From contig CAZVMV010000003.1 in assembly GCA_964628855.1 (NCBI GenBank), positions 9,665 to 73,664 on the forward strand: a stretch of DNA of 64,000 bases, given 5' to 3'. Positions 61,894 through 64,000 of the stretch are shown piece after piece. A model generated the notes under the pieces. That model searched no databases. It was given only the letters and a program-made list of their open reading frames with translations, and had not been told where the DNA came from. Positions within the stretch are counted from its first letter, which is position 1; each line of letters opens with the position of its first letter. The DNA is from an uncultured Gammaproteobacteria bacterium (GTDB lineage: Bacteria > Patescibacteriota > Patescibacteriia > UBA10025 > JAHIVO01). Made by a program: the position numbers and the translations under genes.

Positions 61894-64000
61894 ATGCCTG
61901 AACGCCTAAAGCCGGCGAAATCCGGAGACAAAAAAATAACCATCCGCGGCGCCCGCGTCCATAACCTGAAGAATATCGACGTGGATATCCCGCGTGACAA
62001 GCTGGTGGTCATCACTGGACTGTCCGGTTCGGGCAAGTCTTCTTTGGCGTTCGACACCATTTATGCCGAGGGCCAGCGCCGCTACGTGGAATCTCTGTCT
62101 GCTTATGCCCGGCAGTTTTTGGGTTTGATGGACAAGCCGGACGTGGACCAAATCGATGGTTTGTCGCCAGCCATTTCCATTGACCAGAAATCGACCTCAC
62201 ATAACCCCCGTTCGACTGTGGGGACGGTGACGGAAATTTATGATTATTTACGGTTATTATATGCCCGGGTCGGCAAGCCTCACTGCCCGCAGTGCGGCCG
62301 GCCCGTGACCAGGCAGACTACAGACCAGATCGCCAACCAGGTTCAGTCATTGCCCGTCGGAACTCAGTTCATGATCATGGCCCCGGTGATCCGCGACCAA
62401 AAGGGCGAACACAAGCATGTTATTGCCGAAGTGCGGAAAGCTGGCTACGTTCGCGTTCGTTTTGACGGGGTCGTTTATTCAGTCGATGAGGCAGAGGATC
62501 TACGTGTTGATAAGCAGAAGAAACACAAGGTAGAAGTAGTTGTCGACCGACTGACCACTGGCCCGGAATTGGAAAAAAAGCGGCTGCATGATTCATTAGA
62601 AGCGGCTCTTAATCTTGGTGATGGCCTGGTCATAATCTTGCGCCAGGACAAGAACGAGGATATGCTTTTCTCCCAGCATTTTTCCTGCCCGCACTGCAAT
62701 ATAAATTTGCCGCCGATAGAGCCGCGCAATTTCTCATTTAACACGCCGCACGGTGCTTGCCCAGACTGTACCGGCCTAGGCACTAAACAGGAAATCGACG
62801 CGGATTTGGTCATACCAAATAAAAAGTTATCCATTTCAGAGGGGGCCATCCGGCCGTGGTCACGCACGTCATCGAACCAGGCTTGGTACATGCGCTTCTT
62901 GGACAAGGTGGCCGAGGAACACAAATTTTCCGTCAATGTCCCGATTTCCCAGCTCACCCCAAAACAGATTGATGTAGTGTTGTATGGTTCCGGGACAAAA
63001 GAATATACCATGGAATACGCAAGCGAGCGGTTCGAAGGGGAGCTGACCAGGAATTTCGAGGGCGTCATCCCAAATCTGATGCGCCGTTATAAGGAAACCG
63101 ATTCGGATTATATCCGGCAGGAAATTGAGAAATACATGCGCGTCCTGGTATGTCCGACCTGCAAAGGCAAACGCCTGAAACCGGAAGCCCTGTCCGTTAC
63201 TGTCGCGGACCGTTCCATCTCTGACGTGACGAATATGACAGTCGAAGATTCGACCAAATTTTTTGCTCAACTCTCATTCACTTCCGCCCAAGACCGGATG
63301 ATTTCCAAACAGATTCTGAAGGAAATTTCCGCCCGGCTGATATTTTTACAGAACGTCGGATTGGATTATTTGACGCTTGACCGGACTGCTTCCACGTTGG
63401 CCGGGGGTGAAGCCCAGCGCATCCGACTGGCCACTCAGATTGGTTCATCGCTGGTTGGAGTCGTTTACATATTGGATGAGCCGTCGATCGGTCTGCACCA
63501 GCGTGACAATACGAAACTGATCGAAACTTTGAAAAAACTGAAGGAGCTTGGGAATACTGTAATTGTCGTCGAGCATGACGAGGGGACGATATTGGCCGCT
63601 GATTATGTCATCGATATCGGCCCTGGGGCCGGTGAGCATGGCGGCAAAGTCGTTGCGGCCGGTACGCCGAATGAGATCATCAAAAACAAGCATTCACTGA
63701 CCGGAAAGTATCTGGCCGGCACTCTTTCCATTCCGGTTCCGAAAACATTCCGAAAGGGCAATGGTAAATTTTTAATAATCAAAGGGGCCTCCGAATTTAA
63801 CCTCAAGAATATTGATGTGAAGATCCCATTAGGCAAGTTTGTTTGTATCACTGGTGTATCGGGTTCCGGCAAGTCCACTTTGATGACGGAAATTCTGGCA
63901 AAGGCCTTATCAAAGCACTTTTATGGGGCAAAAGACGAACCCGGCCAGCATAAAAAGATTGAAGGCATAGAGCATTTGGACAAGGTGATTAATATCGACC
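61894..64000 (+). CDS. uvrA: excinuclease ABC subunit A, N-terminal ~700 aa, continues past window end
   Basis: Own translation: [75 protein letters not shown]. Open to position 64000, so not in the ORF track. Confidence 0.95.
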   Translation, partial: MPERLKPAKSGDKKITIRGARVHNLKNIDVDIPRDKLVVITGLSGSGKSSLAFDTIYAEGQRRYVESLSAYARQFLGLMDKPDVDQIDGLSPAISIDQKSTSHNPRSTVGTVTEIYDYLRLLYARVGKPHCPQCGRPVTRQTTDQIANQVQSLPVGTQFMIMAPVIRDQKGEHKHVIAEVRKAGYVRVRFDGVVYSVDEAEDLRVDKQKKHKVEVVVDRLTTGPELEKKRLHDSLEAALNLGDGLVIILRQDKNEDMLFSQHFSCPHCNINLPPIEPRNFSFNTPHGACPDCTGLGTKQEIDADLVIPNKKLSISEGAIRPWSRTSSNQAWYMRFLDKVAEEHKFSVNVPISQLTPKQIDVVLYGSGTKEYTMEYASERFEGELTRNFEGVIPNLMRRYKETDSDYIRQEIEKYMRVLVCPTCKGKRLKPEALSVTVADRSISDVTNMTVEDSTKFFAQLSFTSAQDRMISKQILKEISARLIFLQNVGLDYLTLDRTASTLAGGEAQRIRLATQIGSSLVGVVYILDEPSIGLHQRDNTKLIETLKKLKELGNTVIVVEHDEGTILAADYVIDIGPGAGEHGGKVVAAGTPNEIIKNKHSLTGKYLAGTLSIPVPKTFRKGNGKFLIIKGASEFNLKNIDVKIPLGKFVCITGVSGSGKSTLMTEILAKALSKHFYGAKDEPGQHKKIEGIEHLDKVINID

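Noticed and set aside
1-64000. Alternative genetic code (UGA as Gly or Trp, as in some CPR lineages or Mollicutes), and presence of mobile elements, CRISPR arrays or defence systems.
   Set aside because: Well-supported genes end at TGA (for example uvrC) and have no in-frame TGA. No transposase, integrase, Cas, restriction or toxin-antitoxin signatures, and no repeat-spacer arrays, were seen.

Overview
This is a 64-kb chromosomal segment that uses the standard genetic code (TGA, TAA and TAG all end well-supported genes). Gene content suggests a small-genome, monoderm bacterium of the CPR/Patescibacteria type. That placement is an inference from a heliorhodopsin, a bacterial Elp3, a PPi-type PFK next to a class I aldolase, and many membrane-anchored TSP3/Fn3/PEGA repeat proteins. 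I count about 80 CDS and one tRNA-Leu(CAG). I found no rRNA, CRISPR array, transposase or integrase. Housekeeping genes include pfp, fba, glyA, folD, rsmE, ychF, rpsF-ssb-rpsR-efp, trpS, purD, rnj, secG, uvrC, uvrA, pgpA and aguA. AT-rich core genes are interleaved with GC-richer one- to three-gene units. Hand counts of single 60-nt lines give about 38% GC at 8041 and about 63% at 26401. Many units have a recognisable TTGACA-N16-18-TAnnnT promoter and an intrinsic terminator. The most interesting observations are: (1) a two-gene operon of heliorhodopsin plus a pyrimidine-dimer DNA glycosylase; (2) a roughly 385-nt ORF-poor region after ychF with four Shine-Dalgarno-perfect boxes, a closing helix and GNRA hairpins; (3) a head-to-head Elp3 and Trm9-like methyltransferase pair; (4) a GC-rich operon of a permuted ATP-grasp-like protein and a free-standing DnaJ-type zinc-finger mini-protein; (5) three orphan promoter-to-terminator units without credible ORFs (5433-5652, 14197-14432, 52516-52750), each with alternative pairings that compete with the terminator; (6) near-identical promoter and terminator blocks around two adjacent genes. 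All functional calls rest on motif recognition by eye; no database search was run.
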